64,000 nucleotides of DNA from the human T2T-CHM13v2.0 reference genome, Homo sapiens. The notes under the pieces are model-generated. The model saw only the letters and a program-made list of their open reading frames with translations. It was not told where the DNA came from and did not search any database. A program made the position numbers and the translations under genes. The DNA lies in assembly GCF_009914755.1 (NCBI RefSeq), contig NC_060933.1; one strand, written 5' to 3'. Shown in pieces: positions 62,600 to 64,000 of this stretch. How positions within the stretch are numbered: the stretch's first letter is position 1; each line of letters begins with the position of its first letter.

Positions 62600-63639
62600 T
62601 TCTGAAATCTGCAACCATGTAACATTCTTCACAGAATAAATGAGAATTCTATTCCGTAACATATTAATGCTTCATAAGCTTACTAATCTGACATACTATA
62701 AAACCTAAACTCATCCTGCAAAAAAAATCATAGAAATACATTAAGTGATACATGCAGATCCACTTTACAATGAAAGGTTTAAGAGATAGACTAATGTAGA
62801 CTTTGTGCAAATTAATATCCCTTCTAATTATTCCTAGGCAAAAATACAGCTCATGTGACTTTATTTGGGACATTCATTTAATTAGATATCCAGCAGCAAT
62901 GGTCATTGTGCCAGTGGGCACAGAGAATCAGAATGACTGAGATATATTATTGCTTTTGGAAGGAGGTTTTAAGACAAAAACACATTTGCATAAGTGTTAA
63001 CTTGGGAAATCACTGCCCCTCAATAGTTTTAAACAATGTTTTTGTAGCAGATAGATGGGTAAAGCAGTATTTTAGCCATAAGCTTCCATTGTTCTTCAGT
63101 AGGACAAAGTATCAGGCTATGCACAATGTATTCCTATGACACGGACAAGAAGCCGCAATTAAATCAAAGTACCTCCAGCTTAGGTCACTAACTGCGCAGA
63201 TGTGGTTTCTTCACTGGCAGATGACGGCATGATCTACAGGGGGCAGAGTCCATGAAATAGTCAGTTAACTGAGGAAATGTCTAATTTCCCACAGAACACT
63301 CTGTATAACTACATGGCACTACTCTGAAAAGTCTCGGTCATGACCGGATTAGATGGTGAAAACAATCTGTTTATTTAGGCTTGACTTCTGTTAACAGAAT
63401 GAAATGCCAATGGAAGAATTTAGATTTTGATGCAAAAACGCAAGTTGGCTACCTAAAAACTGGATTCTATAGTATTCAATTAGAACTTGGCAGAGAAAGA
63501 TGTCTATTTACTACTATCACTATTATGGCTATTATTCCTGATATTAATATTGATGTTACTTTTATAAATATTATTAGTACTACTCCCATTACTACCACCA
63601 TTACTATCATCATTGCCACAACTTCTTGCCTGGGCTTTT

Positions 63640-63850
63640 AGTCAGAGTCTTTTCCCTAATCTTCCTACTTTTATTCTTGGCCTTTTATCATCCATGACTG
63701 CCTTCATCACCTTTCATCATCCATTCTCCATATTTTAGCCAAATTGAGCTTTTAAAAGTGTGAATTAGATTATATCACGCCTCTGCTTACAACCTTCCAA
63801 GGACTCCCCATTGCCTCAAAGTAAAATGCATGCTGCTTATCCAGTTAAAC
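63640..63850 (+). mobile_element. L2 fragment
   Basis: ccattctcca...gattatatcacgcctctgcttacaaccttcca...ctccccattgcctc. Confidence 0.55.
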
Positions 63851-64000
63851 ATAAGTCATTTTGCCCTGTTTGCCCGATTTAATACCAAACCAGTGTAGCT
63901 GGGGTACATTGAAATCACTGTCCCCAGTGCCGCTTAGCTCATCTGTGCCCCAGAGCCAGAGCCAGAGACTTTGCACCTGTTTTGTGTTTTGTTTTGTTTG

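Overview
Primate, very probably human, genomic DNA: AT-rich, CpG-poor and dominated by repeats. I recognise no protein-coding exon, RNA gene or named gene, so it looks intronic or intergenic. All long ORFs in the track are LINE-1 ORF1/ORF2 remnants or Alu read-throughs. Main contents: a 5'-truncated, disabled L1PA3-like element on the minus strand (17.8-23.4 kb); a 1.3 kb L1PA4-like element on the plus strand (24.9-26.2 kb); a full-length ancient L1MA2-like element with an intact 15-bp TSD (43.4-51.6 kb); several other L1 fragments; about 9 Alus, including a consensus-like young AluY (Yc1-type); MaLR LTRs, MER DNA transposons, MIR/L2 relics and microsatellites. The most notable signal is that the two inverted L1s, which have separate TSDs and different subfamily markers, share about 7 non-consensus variants in patchy tracts. 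This points to repeated gene conversion between inverted arms and a candidate ~6-7 kb inversion. The window also holds several short (50-150 bp) locally templated duplications. Subfamily calls come from remembered consensus sequences, not from a RepeatMasker run, and boundaries of the old repeats are approximate.
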